A program made the position numbers and the translations under genes. This document shows positions 24,501-38,300 of a stretch of 64,000 nt of DNA, one piece after another. A model generated the notes under the pieces. That model was given only the letters and a program-made list of their open reading frames with translations, was not told where the DNA came from and made no database searches. The stretch is from Fimbriosthenelais zetlandica (taxonomy: Eukaryota): contig OZ365115.1 of NCBI GenBank assembly GCA_977030845.1, positions 17,236,001 through 17,300,000 on the forward strand. The letters are read 5' to 3'. Position 1 is the stretch's first letter. The number at the start of each line of letters is the position of its first letter.

Positions 24501-27500
24501 TGGAAGAGGACAGAGTACCTTATCAAAAGCTCATACACGAATCTTCCGTGGATAGTTTTTAAAATTAAGCAGCATCTTATTGAACCCTAATATATATACG
24601 AGAAAATAAAAATCACCTCTTTTAAATATCCATTCAATGTTACACCGAGTACTGTATAATATTGTTGAATACATGTATTTTAATATGTATACCACTCAGG
24701 GAAAGAAAAGTTTTCTTTGTATACTTTACAAGCAGACCTTGGAATGGGCCTTGGAAATGCCCATAACAATAACTTTGGTGACTAGAGACATGTCCCAGCG
24801 GAGCATCAATGTCACTTTAGTGCCCTCTATGATACAGGAGAAAGCATTCTACTCGCTGAGTCACAAATACAGGGTCCCAGGGGAGAGGACATTCCAGGAT
24901 AATGTAAGGTCTTCAGCATAGATGGGCAGGATTTGTAGGAGCATTGAACTTACTAAAGGATAGTATTCCTGACACGGAGATGACCATAGTATAGCGGTAA
25001 ATGATGTCTGATGTTGGCAAGAAAGAAAATCACCGTCCTCTTTTGACGGGGAATGATATGAATGAAATTCATATCACGAATGAGGGCCAGCCCTATTGAT
25101 TTTATTTTTGAAATACTTACAAATGATATGACCTGTCACCTCAAAGGTGATATTAGGGCTATTTGGTTGACAAGGACATATTTCAATTTATATGTGATAA
25201 ACAGAATCTAATTACTGAGATTGACACCATGCTCTGCACATCCTAACCATATTTGAAAGGCGTATTCATCTTTTATAGACCATGTAATCACATGACCGAG
25301 AACAGCCAATGAGCGATCAGCACGGTGTAAGGGCTTGATCAATCATTGCCAGGACTTTGTGGCAATGGGGATTTTGGCATCTGGGACTATTTCCATCACA
25401 TGATTGATAAGAACCAATCAGGGCTCAGCAGTGGCTCACTTAATGGAAGTGAATCTAACCTGGCAGCCATATTATGGAACAGAACTGTTCCATCAAATGT
25501 TCCATCAAGTATAGATGCTTTTGGTTTAAAGGGATTTGCTAAAGGGACCGCAGTGTTTCCTATTATATTAATGCATTCTTGGCGAGAGAGGGAATGTTGC
25601 AATGCAGATTATCTTCGTTATGACCAAATGACATAAGTCTAATGCAAGTCTAGGTGAAGGCAAGTTCATTGAGGTTAGCAAGAAAGGTCAAATGTTGCTG
25701 GAAGAAACAGAAGGAATGGGTGACATTTTTGTGATTTCCTTCTCTTGCTGACCTCAATCCTTGCAATGAATATTTTACCCTGGCCATCAGTGTAGTGCAC
25801 TAGTGATGTGTAAGGAGTAGACCTCCAGGTGGCAGGCCTGTCTAGTATGGTTGTCTGAGCCAGATCGTGTCGCCCCTAGCGAAATTTATCCATTCAAATC
25901 TAAAGCAAGATCAGTCATTATGAGCTTTATCCAAGGGTTCAATGAAGGACTAAATATAATGACTAAATTGTTTTAAATAATAAAAACGAAAACAGGTCAC
26001 TGAAGAAGCAGATGGAATCGAAATATCATGAAAATTTCTACCACGAAACAAACCAGGATTGCTCATACAAGACTATCATATGTCAATTAAAGCTGTATTA
26101 CACAGGTACTGCCGAAAAGGTTCAGCATCCAAGCAAGAATAGTAGATCGTTAGTATACTATTTTTTATCCAAAGCACGAATTGAACCCAGCAGAATCGCA
26201 GTAGCAGGATCTATACCATTAAACCATGTCATTGATATAATCTAAAATTTGGTATTGCAGGCGTCTCTTTATTTATAGACATCTAAAATAGGATGCCAGG
26301 GCAGTGACACTGTGAATAAACTGTTAAATAAAATATAAAATCCCAGGGTCCAGATAGGGAAGCGAACTATAGCCCGCACTGACAAGGCAGGTGCTCTTCC
26401 ATGGTACTATCCGCGGGTACTAAATGTTATATAATATCAGGCTATCAGATAATTACAATCATACCAAATGACTGAAGACCTTCTTCCTATACTTCTGGCA
26501 ACCAGTTTAGTTGGCTGGAGCAGATATAGAGGTATATATATGATGCACAGCACCCTAAACCTTCACCAGACTAAAATGCCCCGAAGCCACTTGCCAATCA
26601 AAAGCAACCTTTTCCAGAATGTCAAATACTAATTGTGCACCTCTGACAACTGTAGTTGGTGAGATTTTCAGAGGTTCAGAGGTTGGTATTAGATTTTACT
26701 AACCAGTATAGAAGACTCCTTCTCTTTGGTTTTACCTTAGAGTAAAATGTACTCTAATACTCATGTGCGCCTGAACTTAAAAACAAAAATACCATCAAAA
26801 CCACTTAGAGAAAACTCAAACTCTGATATCCAACTAATGATTATAGTCTTTGACAGCTCAACTTGATAGCCAGACTCCACTTGTAGTTGAGCTGAGAAAG
26901 ACTATAGTGGCCATCAGAGATCGGAAGTTGGTCGGAATAGGTTATGTGTGCCTGAGGCATTACACATCCAAAACAACTAACCATCAAACTTATGACCCTG
27001 TGCCAACCTACAAATTTCTTACCCAGACACCCATGTCATGATTATTATGGAACTAATATTTTTGATGAAAGACTTCATACGTTTTACTTCCTTACTCAGA
27101 GTCAACTGAGCCAGGTGGGTCATTTCTAGAGAGTGACCTGCATCCTACCATTGAGGTCAGGATCACTCCATCTCCCTCCTCTCTCTCTCCATGTTGTTGG
27201 GTGGATACTACCACTGACCTAAATTTAGACCAAGCTGTAAATGGCTCCAGGACTAAAGCTTTGAACCTTTTCTCACAATTGTTTTTAAAAAAACGTTTCC
27301 CCATACATTATGACAACTGTATCATGGTTGAGTGCCCAAAGAAGTTCACTGGCGCAGAAGTAAAATCTTTGGCAAGAGACTCCATTAATAAGCACAAGAA
27401 TTCATCATTAGTTTTATGGTGGCAATATACTGAGATATTATAAGTCTTTAGTTTTACGAGAAAAAAAGGATATTTTGTATGTCATATTAATAAGAATACC

Positions 27501-28572
27501 GAAAAGACCGTTAGAATTCGCAGCAAACATTCTATTGGCATAAAAAATATTTCATTTAATATTATGACCTACATCGTGCTATAGATAATAGCACAGAAGT
27601 AGTAGGCCTCCTGTTATCAAATACCATATTGATAAGAACCTATATACAAGCATGCCAATGTAATTTACCATGGTCGACCACCGAGGTATGAATTAATTCA
27701 GGGAAACCATTGGTTATGTAGATGATGAATTATAAGGATGTCATTGTGCTTTTAGTGAATCCCATATATACTTCCCGGCTTCCTTGAGGTCTATTACTTG
27801 ACCTCCAGACCACCAATATCTAAAACAGTGACCTCCTTATTCAACAATGACCCATACATTGAAGAAACATGTCAAATAATGTATGAATATCCCCTGTTAT
27901 TATGACACTTCAGTGATTACATTATGCTTAAATTTCACAGGAAGGAAAGTGTGATTTTCTTACATTTACAGGTATTCTTGGTAGGCTATGGGTGGGAAGT
28001 TGACGTGGAAATGTATACCCAGAAATCAATAACCAAGACCTATCCTGAGGGAATTTAACTTAACCTTTGAAAATAGAATAATACACTGCATTGACAATTC
28101 AATTTAGTATATTATGTCGGCTTTTGGCACAGGATCGAGAAGACATATTTGGGAATGAATAAAAGATATACAAATAGACGACGACCACCAAAACTTGGCA
28201 TACACTTTGGAAGGCACAAATCTAATTACACTTGAACCATAACTCAACTTTCAACAGCCTAGCTTAAATGAAATCTACTTTGGCCAAACATAAACAATTG
28301 GGAACATAAGTAATTGCCCTGTCTGATAATAATAGACTGACAAAGTCAAATAGTCAGTTACTTATTACTAAAATGGGAGGATACACCTATGATAATATAA
28401 ACGAAAGAAAATTATGAGAATTCATGGAATGAGATATTATCATGATATCATGATACTCACAAGATTAGATTTTACTTCTTATGCTATAGTTAGTAGAGAG
28501 AAATTCTTATAACCTACTTACCTTGAGAGGTCTTACAAAGGTAACCGTTTCTATAGTAGTTGTAGGTGCCAT
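12327..28572 (-). CDS. TMEM47: TMEM47/VAB-9-like tetraspan protein (PMP22/claudin superfamily), 196 aa; join 28522-28572, 15095-15251, 12709-12858, 12327-12559
   Basis: All GT-AG junctions in phase (591 nt); W-GLW-C-C motif, four hydrophobic helices, and RPLK, FPVKF and GWAYGVAWGGAIF segments typical of TMEM47. Confidence 0.92.
12709..12858 (-). CDS. TMEM47: TMEM47 coding exon 3 (DWIIACG...KFYRAAMYLMFFA)
   Basis: ccaacag acceptor, g|gtgaga donor, phase 1-1. Confidence 0.92.
13415..13599. mobile_element. MITE with ~50-bp TIRs in TMEM47 intron 2
   Basis: ccccatataggcgattctccaagcgatagctgcgcgaaactatatttctag versus its near-perfect reverse complement ending at 13599. Confidence 0.8.
14580..14830 (-). 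mobile_element. Decayed LINE reverse-transcriptase fragment
   Basis: Minus-strand motifs VAFIDYKKAFET and GIPQGCLLGPLLFLIYIDN in the correct order, with frame disruption. Confidence 0.75.
14951..15074. repeat. Tandem repeat, ~44-bp unit, ~2.7 copies
   Basis: aaaaggtatatataccattgaatagggttgatttagcttggaat repeated. Confidence 0.9.
15095..15251 (-). CDS. TMEM47: TMEM47 coding exon 2 (VIAFVCG...GLWEEC...CHPNPYT)
   Basis: tttctttgcag acceptor, g|gtaagc donor. Confidence 0.92.
15878..16090. mobile_element. MITE in TMEM47 intron 1
   Basis: TIRs tgctgtctccacatagcgga / tccgctatgtcgtggagacagca. Confidence 0.7.
17737..18000 (-). mobile_element. Possible decayed LINE APE-endonuclease fragment
   Basis: Loose resemblance of CIAVKPLILAKGLIIY and GRGIEE to EN segments, judged by eye. 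Confidence 0.25.
19451..19792. repeat. Degenerate minisatellite, 20-bp unit, ~17 copies
   Basis: aactgagcaagtaggagtag and variants. Confidence 0.9.
20150..20450 (-). mobile_element. Decayed LINE RT fragment
   Basis: attgaccgacaaggcattt (frameshifted ID..KAF) followed by gtgttcccagggttggtgtt (VPQG-like). Confidence 0.4.
22344..22907 (-). mobile_element. Decayed LINE C-terminal region with RNase H-like motif (I-group-like)
   Basis: FWTLGSGVKTNIRADFLAK resembles the W(V/I)PGHxGIxGNExADxLAK RNase H motif. Confidence 0.4.
28522..28572 (-). CDS. TMEM47: TMEM47 coding exon 1 (MAPTTTIETVTFVRPLK); alternative in-frame ATG at 28578
   Basis: ATG in accATGg context; aag|gtaagt phase-0 donor matches exon 2. 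Confidence 0.88.
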
Positions 28573-30047
28573 GGTCATATTTGTAACTCCCAAGAAGTCC
28601 AATCCACGCACCAAATATATTGAGAGATCTTCTGAGTGGAAACTCCTCCCAGCGTGGGTTATGTAGTAGTACCTTCAAAGTTAATCAAACATCCAGAGAG
28701 TCAAAATACTGGTCAACTGCTATAAGCTGCTCCTTCTGGCACGAATGGGGTGAAGGAGTGGGTGAGTGAGGAATGGGTAATGTGGGTGAGTTAGTGCGAA
28801 GCGTGTGTGTGTTGTGGGTACAAGGAGTGAGCAACACACACTCACTCACTGTTTCCAAACTTAGCCAGAGACTCTGACTAAGCTCTAGGTGTGAGGAGCC
28901 GATACCCCCTCTTCCACTGGAGGTAGTCACAGATCTATAGGAAAATCATGAGAGGCGAGTCTACTGACTGAGCATAGAACTCTATAGTTCTATGGACTGA
29001 GTTTTGCAGTATACATATACTCTCTCCCCTTGTGTTACAATGAGTGTTTTGAATTTTAGTGTTTGTGTAAGGCTAAGAGATGACACCTAATGTCTGGTGC
29101 GAGAAATGATGTTCACCAGGCATATAAAACAGCCACAAAGTGGGTCAGTGTAGACCTGTGTGTTATAGACTTGCTATAATAATAATTTAGAGTGTCAGCT
29201 GTAGGTTTTCTGGCACTGCTGCTGCTCTCCTCTGCATGGAGGATGTTCCTCTTATATGGCTTTGTACAACACAGCGATCGAATTCTAAAATCAAAGGAGT
29301 CTATTTCAATGTAAAAATCAAGCAGATCTCATTCCCATAGAATTATCACTTGATATTTCCAAGACATTCATGCTTGGATATTACGACTTCAGACAGGTTT
29401 TTATGGTTTTGTCAGGTGTATTATAATGGGGATTTTAAACACAATGTTATCATTGTATAGAGCGGATGGTAAAACAGACTTGATATTCATACTCTACAGG
29501 TCTGTGAGGCCTAAGCGTGATGGTGAACATGTGGGTCTGGATTCCATACATTCCCTCCCCCTCTGCTTGCCGCTCATATATACTAGATTTGTACCGTCTT
29601 TACCCGATATGTTTATTTCGTAATATTATCTCTTATTAATCTATTTTAAAATTTTAGGTGTATCCATTAATACAGTGGATATTATCAGCGTGAAAGAGAG
29701 CCAGAACCGAAGCAATTCAGAAAGGAAGACATCAATGGTAATAAAAATCACCTATTTCGAAAGAAAAATATTCTCAGATTTTAGGTCATAAACAAGGCTG
29801 GGGTATAGAAGATGGACCTTGCCAGATCCACTCAAGGCTATTTGTTCCAGAGTTCCGCTTTCTATAAATGATCCAAAAGGAACAGATCTCTCACTTGATT
29901 CCAAATTGAGACTATATATTGTACAGTACACTGACGCCCCCTCCCAAAACCCCACCCCACCCCCAACCCCTACCCAATTGCCGAGGAAATAAGTAAATGG
30001 CCCTGGCGTAGACTTGCACAAGTCTTTGATTCTTTGATTTTATTTAA

Positions 30048-30163
30048 AGAACTTTAGAAGAAAAAAAATAACTCAATTTGAGTCACTTCCCCCCTCGACT
30101 GAGGAAGAACTTTAGAAGAAGAAAAATAACTCAATTTGAGTCACTTCCCCCCTCGACTGAGGA
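30048..30163. repeat. 58-bp tandem duplication
   Basis: aagaactttagaaga...actcaatttgagtcacttcccccctcgactgagg x2. Confidence 0.9.
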
Positions 30164-31863
30164 ATCCTATGACCAAAGATACTAGGCTAGTAGGAGGAGG
30201 GGTTAGTCTGTCATAGGGACGAGCGCTCGTCTAGCCCTGGCGCACCACAAATGTTTTTGATAGCACCAATTACAAGTGTTTCCACATATATGACCTCCAT
30301 AAAGATGTCAATTAGGAGAGTGGAGACCTGCCTCCAAGCCAAGGTGCTTACTAAATTAACCTTATTGACATCCATCAGAACTCACACCAGCTGGTAGAAA
30401 TTACCCAGAAAATAATGTAATAATTTCAGAAACTATAGGAAGTCATTTGGTCATAATATCATTACATGTATAGCCTGCAGTTAACTAATTATTGTTGATT
30501 GAAAATGGATAATTATAATAATTTCACATATTGTGAATAGAACAGGTATTATATGCAATACGATATATATATATATATATATACAATGACTAAAATAAAG
30601 CACTGCGTGTCAACCTATAGGAATTTGAGAATTATTACTAAGAACTAATGAGATTAGGTAGTTCAGAAAGAAAAAATCAGCTCACCTGTATTAATCCTAT
30701 TTCAGTTAGTCATCACAAGATTGGTATTAATCATTTTGACCCGGCATAATCCAATATGATAGTTTACATGCATGGTGCCAAAATAATTCATCAGTAATCC
30801 GGGCATATTTGTTCGCTGCCATTTGATGGAATAACCAAAATTTCAGGGATTTGCATGGTTTTGAGTCACACACAGGAACTGTTACGCCAATCAAGGTGTA
30901 TAGGTGTCGGTCCTATAAGTAGAGAATTAGGATAGTTGAAGCAGATAGTACAGCAGATAGGAATCTGTTCCCATATCCCCCGAAGCCTGCGTCTTATCAA
31001 TGAATTAAACTGCACAGGAGATTAGGGATCGATAACACAGTGTCTAATGCATGCACGGGTGGGGAGGGGGTGTAGCCTTTAGGCGACATTAAACACAAGG
31101 TTTTCCGAGAACATAAACCATTGCCATACAGTATACGTAGGCCTAATTTATTCCTTTTTATCAGTGATTGAAACATTTAAGTTTTATGTGGGCCAGGGAG
31201 ATCAGAAATGAAAGAGAAATGTTAGTGAAAGCTAGGTCCTCAGCTGTGTATGCATACGACTGATATTGTTTATGAAACCTTAGAGTTTAATCTAAGATGA
31301 AATCAACAAAGTACCAATTGTACATGTAGGCTATATGTGTACAGATCTTCAACAAAATTAGATGCAAATGCAAATTCACAATATCCCACCTGCCGCAATT
31401 ACTGCTTATCCCGGGACTGCTGTCTTCCGTCCGTTAAGCTTATCATGTTAACCTTTGCTCCACCTGACCTATTTGCCCCTGTAGACTTATAGACATACGG
31501 CTGATCATGCATAATGATAATAAGTTTCTGTTGTGTACATTATTATAGGCCTTGTTGAGGGTTGTATGTGTCAGTATTGGAGTCAAAGGGGTGACCCCAA
31601 AACTCAGTTATGGACATGTATAATTCTGCCAGTTAAGGGCCGTTTTTTCAATGTTTACTGGGCAGTATTTCTACCTAATTACTTTCAAACTCAACAGGAT
31701 TTATGTAAAAATACAGGTTGAGAACTTCAGAAGGCAGATGAAAATACCTAGTTCACATGCTAAATATAAGAATTTAATCATCCTTGCGAGTCCTATGAAT
31801 TAACATCTAATTTAACGATCTACAAAAATACCAAGTGTTAAATTATTAACTGTTGGAAGACAA

Positions 31864-32144
31864 CAGCAACGTAGCCACTCAGTCTCCAAACGGTTGCCAA
31901 ATTGCTTTCCCATGGCAATGTGGCAGCAACCAAGCCACTCTGCCTCCAAACGGTTGCCAAATTGCTTTCCCATGGCAATGTGGCAGCAACGAAGCCACTC
32001 TGCCTCCAGATGGTTGCCAAATTGCTTTCCCATGGCAATGTGGCAGCAACGTAGCCACTGTCTCCAAACGGTTGCCAAATTGCTTTCCCATGGCAATGTG
32101 GCAGCAACGAAGCCACTCTGCCTCCAAATGGTTGCCAAATTGCT
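31864..32144. repeat. Minisatellite, 60-bp unit, ~4.7 copies
   Basis: cagcaacg(t/a)agccactctgcctccaaacggttgccaaattgctttcccatggcaatgtgg. Confidence 0.95.
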
Positions 32145-32198
32145 GATAGGCCGGGGGAATTTAAAAGGGCATCACCCCCGACTTGAATTATATGGGGG

Positions 32199-32557
32199 TA
32201 GGACATTTACGTGGGCAACGCCCTCCACTTAAATTCTATTAGGACATTTACATGGGACATGGCCCTCCACTTAAATTCTATTAGGACATTTACATGGGAC
32301 ATGGCCCTCCACTTAAATTCTATTAGGACATTTACATGGGACATCGCCCTCCACTTAAATTCTATTAGGACATTTACATGGGACATCGCCCTCCACTTAA
32401 ATTCTATTAGGTCATTTACATGGGAAATCGCCCTCCATTTGAATTCTATTAGGACATTTACATGGGAAATCGCCCTCCACTTAAATTCTATTAGGACATT
32501 TACATGGGACATCGCCCTCCATTTGAATTCTATTAGGTCATTTACAGGTATCGCCCT
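32199..32557. repeat. Minisatellite, 42-bp unit, ~8.5 copies
   Basis: taggacatttacatgggacat(g/c)gccctccacttaaattctat. Confidence 0.95.
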
Positions 32558-35284
32558 CCTATTCTATTATATTATATTGGGGAAGGACATTTATGAGGTT
32601 TGGCAGGTCTATACAAATCAATAAAATCGATGACAAGAATTGCATGTTTAAGACATTTTTATTGTATTCATTGAAAAAGAGAAAAACAAAAAACCCAGAC
32701 TCCTTTGGCAGCAATATTTTCTCCCCAATGACAACTGTCCATGTTTTTTTTTACATGTTTCTAGGTAACATGTCGATATGATAGAACTAGATGAGATGAA
32801 AAGCAGGCCCACCTCCTGCAAAGAGGGGCCCACCTCGTGAAATAATGAAATATTTTTTTCATTAAATATTATTATAAAAAAGATGACTTAGCATAGCCTA
32901 CAATTTGATGGGTTGTTTTGTCATTCTTTCCCCCAAAAACATGGACATTTAAACAAAGAATTTCGTATTTTCATTTCCACTGTTTGTAACTACACAGAGA
33001 GTCATTGCCCATCCAAAGCCTTGGTTTACCTTCTTCTTGGAGGTGTTCCATAAAATTATGCAACAGTTGCGCAACAAAAAATTCTCCATAGAATAGCCAT
33101 TGTAAAAATTGCACAGCTGCTGCGTATTTTTTTATGGAAAACCCATTGCTATTTGGCTATCATGATGTGTGGGTGGCATAGGAAAGGGCAGTGCTTTGCA
33201 TGGTTAAAACACTTGGAAAAATTTAGCACAACTTTTATGTCACACACGCGATCATACACTTAATGTTTAATGTATTATAATGAATATGTATGCCAGCACG
33301 TGTATAGCAATACTCTCCACTATCTCTTCTTTTCCCCTTTTTTTCTTTTTCAACTGAAATAATAATAAATATTTGCAAAAATGGAAGAATCCTTTGTTCC
33401 TGTAAGATGTAGCATTATAATTACCGTATGTGGAGGAATATGTAAAAAAAAATCTGAGGATGCAAGATTGGCTTCACATATAAAAAAAATAACCCTATAT
33501 TCCCCATTCACACCTTAATACCTAGTGCTAAATACAGAGAGTGAGAGGGAAGGGTTAATGTAATGAAGCACCACTGTGGATCCCATCACGGGTCATGCAC
33601 AGTCCGATGATCATGGTTACCATGGAAACTAAACAACAGCTAATTAGGAGAACACTTCCATCATCATGATAGGTCTATGAAGATAAATAATATTGATTAT
33701 AACGGGCTAAAGGTTTGCACAGATTTCCTTCAACTTCCATTCATTCCACCAAAGATCTTCTTACCTCCTCAGGATTATTATTTCTTTTTAATTATATTCA
33801 CCGCCATGGAAACTGAAGTAAGATGCAGTGACATGATTATTTTCGGAAAATGAGGCACTTCCTGATGTTTGGTTCTCAATAAATTAAAAACTCCGGTCGG
33901 TACACTGTTGTCATCCCAGTACCACTAGCTTCAATACATCTATATATGTGAAGCGCCAAGTCCATTATTAAAAATGTCACAATTCTGATAAGCTTAATGA
34001 GTATCAGACTCCTAATATAAAAACCTAGGTATCCATGTACAAGCACACAATCACTCATACCATACAACTTTATACATATAAAGCGCATCTGTACAATGGG
34101 CGCGCGCTGAAAAAAACACACACACACACCCTCTTTCACGCACACGTGCTAACACAATAATGGCTCATCTAAAAGAGGCATGTGCAACAATCGACACATT
34201 TAGTCCTTTTTTTTTGTTTCCCTCGGCATTTACAGATTTTACTCGATTTTTTAAAATATAATTCTCTCTCTCCATTAGAATAAACAGGGCAAAGAAGCAC
34301 GTAGAGAGATGCACCTTTTTTTTTCTTACTCTCTCCAAAGGAAGAAATAAATACATGAAACTGATACAAATTAATACTAAGGCAAATATAGCATTTATAC
34401 ATCTTCATTGAAGCACCACCTTGAACGTATTCACATTGGCATGCTTTTGTTCCTCTTTGATTTTTGGTTTCCCCAACTCCAAGTCCACATACAATATACT
34501 TGTTAAGTTGTAATGGTAAACACAAACACCAGCATTGCTTCTATGAATGAACATACACAGGGACACCATTATTGCATCTATGATTTGGTTTTTTCGTACA
34601 CAGAAATAATGTCCACTTATTGAATTATTTCCACGATGGTTTCTTTGAACATATCTTATTACATTTATAAATGACCAAAAACAAAAACAGTCCATTTTAT
34701 ACACTGGTATCAATGTTCTTGGCTCTAGGCCTAATGTTCAGCCTCTCAGTGATATTTTACCCTTTCATATTGCCCATTTTAGGGTATTCTATTTAGAACC
34801 CTTTTAATAACATTTTAGAACCCTTTTAATAACAAATGTTTTCTCGGCTTTGGGTCAATGGTTTTTAGTGAAAAAATCACTTCACTTGATGCGTCTGGAA
34901 ACTGCAAGGTTTTCTATCTCCAACCATTTTCCTCATAACGTAGTAGATTTAAGTCCGCAGTTGAGGTTTGAAGTCAGTGTCTCTTGACCTGTTGATTCAC
35001 TATTTGTTAAATTCTCTAATAATCCTTAGATTCTGTGTTGGCACATTTCAGCTGGTGGTGTGTTGGTATGTTGAGATGATGTTGGTGTTGTTGTTGTTGT
35101 TGTTACAGACACCGGTCGGTGTAGGTGTTTCCGGGGCTATATATGGAGGTGGTGCGGGGGGTGGTGGTGGTGGTGGGTGGTGGGAGAGTTGGAAGAGGAG
35201 ACAGTGGTGCGAGGTTTACTATGAGTAGAGGCAGGGAAGCATCATAATCTCAGAGTGTCCCTGAAGTGGAGGTGCCAAGGCATC

Positions 35285-35322
35285 TTACAAGTCCCCCATG
35301 TCTGTTAACGTATCATCTGAAT
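35285..35322 (-). CDS. DVL: Candidate Dvl terminal exon ((Y/D)[11 protein letters not shown])
   Basis: tttgttttctccag acceptor; phase 1 fits donors at 38797 and 47902; followed by UTR-like low-complexity sequence. Confidence 0.4.
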
Positions 35323-38300
35323 CTGGAGAAAACAAATTCATCGAAATATTTTATCACAAAGCACAACAACATCCAATTTTATTTTATTGTGATTTTTTTT
35401 TGGCATTGTCAATGTCAATGGAAAATGAGGTGTGTTGGCTAGAGTAGAGAGAGAACATTCTAGTTTGTATATAAAATCAGAATTAGTGTGTGAAGTCAGA
35501 GGGCTAAGGTACATGAAGTCAATCAAGAATCACTTCCTTGAATCTTCCTTGAGAATTTCAATTATTAGTATTACCAGTGGTAAGATAGTGGGGAATCCAA
35601 ATATGAAAGGAAGTTAGCCCAAGTTTAATAATTCAACAAGTAGTATATGTTAATACTGTAAGTTAATTACTGTTAGTTACTATATTACTTCAAATAGAAC
35701 TTCAAATATAAAGCCCTTGACATGGGCAGGATCGGTTTTTGGTGAAACTAGTAACGGTAACAACCAACGATCGTGAGCATAGGCTACAAAAAATGTATGG
35801 ATGAAATGTATGCTATAATTATATTATATGCTGTCTGTATATTTATATTAAAATATCTAATATTTTAGTGCTGGATAAAATAAAAATAATATAGACAGAT
35901 TAGAGGAGTTTAGTGGAATACACAGTATTTACAAATTATATTTTTAAATTATGACAAATTAAATTAATTAATGAAATAGCTTAGATCTAGACTCAGTTCA
36001 TATTGATTATTTTTATCATGGGAGAAGTGGGTGGTAAGGGTAAAATATAAACGCGATTACTAAATGCATTAGTAAGAGGGTGGTGAACCCTCACAAAAAA
36101 AATAAGAGGCACTATGTATATGAACACAAGTGCAACTGGCTAGAGCAAGTACGGTACTGACATACTAAATTAATGAATACACACAGGGGCAGTGCCTGTT
36201 CTAAACTCTTCTTTATCAACTGAAAGCTCTCAGCGGGTATATATATAATTATTATCAACTTAATAGCATTTTTAAAACTACTTTAATTTCATTAAAAGGT
36301 GCACAGGTATAAAGCCTCTTACTAAAAGAAGGCAAAACATGATGAACTGCACCAACAGAAGTGTGGACTTGTGGGGAGGGAGAGTGAAAATCACACTGAG
36401 TTCTATGGATGTATAATATAATGAGAAAAGATTTGACAGTGTGCAGTAAAAGTTTAAGTTTTAACTAAGCGAGTCAATTTGTGAGTAACAAAGGTCACAC
36501 GCTCGCTTCCTTTATCGAAGACAGACATACGTCACACTCACAGCATCTGACGTCATACCATACGCCACGGTACACACATTTTGGTGACGTCACAACAAGG
36601 ACCAAAATTACCTTAGAAGCTGTGTGTGTCCTATGCAGCCCACAAGGAAGAGAAATACAAGGCTGAAAGGCAGCGATATTGGCTACTCTGGGATAGGTCT
36701 ACATGCTGGACTTGGTAGTACAATATATGTTGGTTTCTTCTTGTATAAATAATGACAAAAAGTTGCACATGAACACATTTCTTTTACATATTTTTTTCAA
36801 CAATAGGGGCGACATAGATTGACTTATGCAATGACATGTAGAAGACAGGTCCCCTTTGGATAAAAATTTGACATCATATTGAAACATGTATGAACAAACC
36901 TTTTCATAATCATTCAACAAAGAAGCCAAAGTCAGTACATCGATCATTCCTTACAAATTAATTAATAGAGGGAAATATTATAGTGGATACTGCCAAGCCA
37001 AATTAAAATATTATTGGTTTTGTTACAGAGAAGCTGGGAGTCGATGGCTCTTACACCGAAAAAATATAGAGAGAGAAACCCAAGGGTTAACAAAGCGGCT
37101 TCTGATTGTCAACAATAACTTCTCTCAAACTTTTGTTCTGGTGTATAACTGAAGTGTGTTTGTGTTTTAACATCGTGTATGCAAACCTCTGACTTGTCTC
37201 AAGATCTTTCTATCTGAGTTTAAAATATTTTTATCAATTTAAACTTGGTTGATATTTTACAATTCTGTAACTAACAATTTTAGAACAGCAATGGTTATGA
37301 CTGACTTAAATTTAATAGGAAATATTAGCTTGTAGAAACTGTGAGATGAAATCCATGCATTGTAGTTATTTGTTTTGTTAATTAAGAGGTGCAGAACACA
37401 GTGGAAAATGAATAAGAGAAGTGAATAGAGATTAGAATCAGTTACCGTGGATAAATAAAACTTTTACTCGACACCAAAATATTGAAAGGTACCAACAACA
37501 CCGTAACCCCCAAAGCTATCTCTTCCTACGATAATACCCTCTCTAGTCAAAATCCTCCATTTGAATCTTCTGCGACTTCCCAAATCCAATAAGTCATATC
37601 CAAACCCATAAAGGCATTTGATAAATTTTGACTCCCTCCCCAAAAATATGAGATTTAATTTCAGATAACCATGCTAAGAGCTCAGAAAAGGAAAAACTTA
37701 AAATCCACCGGGAAGTGCCTTCAAATCCATGCAAACTTATTAGTAAAGTGTGGCTAAGACTGAACCATGAAGTTTTCTTTTCCTCACTGTGATTATTAGC
37801 TTTTATTTGTGACTTAACCTATAAGTGTATCATGGAGGTATCCTATGTAAATCTCATCTTGACTATAGGCAAAAACCATGCACTGAATGAGCACTTAAGA
37901 CCCGAGCATTCTGCATGACCAAGTAAAAGTGAATTTACCCACGCTACTAATCCTCAAAGCTGTATGTTTGTATTCTCAATACCAATTCCTCTGTAAAGAG
38001 AATGGTGCACACCATCGATCAGGACGCCTCTGTTAGCAACTATCAAAAGATCAAATCATTTCCTACTCAGAAGTTGCCCAAGCCGTACAAGATCAACATG
38101 AGAAATGGTCTTCGTTCGGTTTACATTGAATTTTCAAACACCCATACAAGAGACCAAGGGGTTTTGAACAACCCAAAGATTTGTTTCTACCCAACTACTT
38201 AAGAGAAAAGCTATTTTTGTATGACATGCAGTTTAATATAGCACAAAGGTGCTTGTGATCTGCTGCAAATGTTCAAAGATTATCCCATCGTTACATAGGA

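Noticed and set aside
23700-25800. RT/RNase H-like words (AFDKV, IYAEDL, YTDG) on the minus strand
   Set aside because: Motif order is inconsistent with a single element; too degraded to call by eye
31812-32624. Cluster of 82-137-aa ORFs on both strands; array could be mistaken for CRISPR
   Set aside because: The ORFs are translations of 60- and 42-bp tandem units; there are no unique spacers, and the context is eukaryotic
36699-36949. 83-codon phase-1 frame (GMIDVL...KSSM*) as a further Dvl terminal exon
   Set aside because: The acceptor is a weak AAG with an A-rich tract, and joining to the 38797 donor gives an immediate TGA; ORFs of this size occur by chance here
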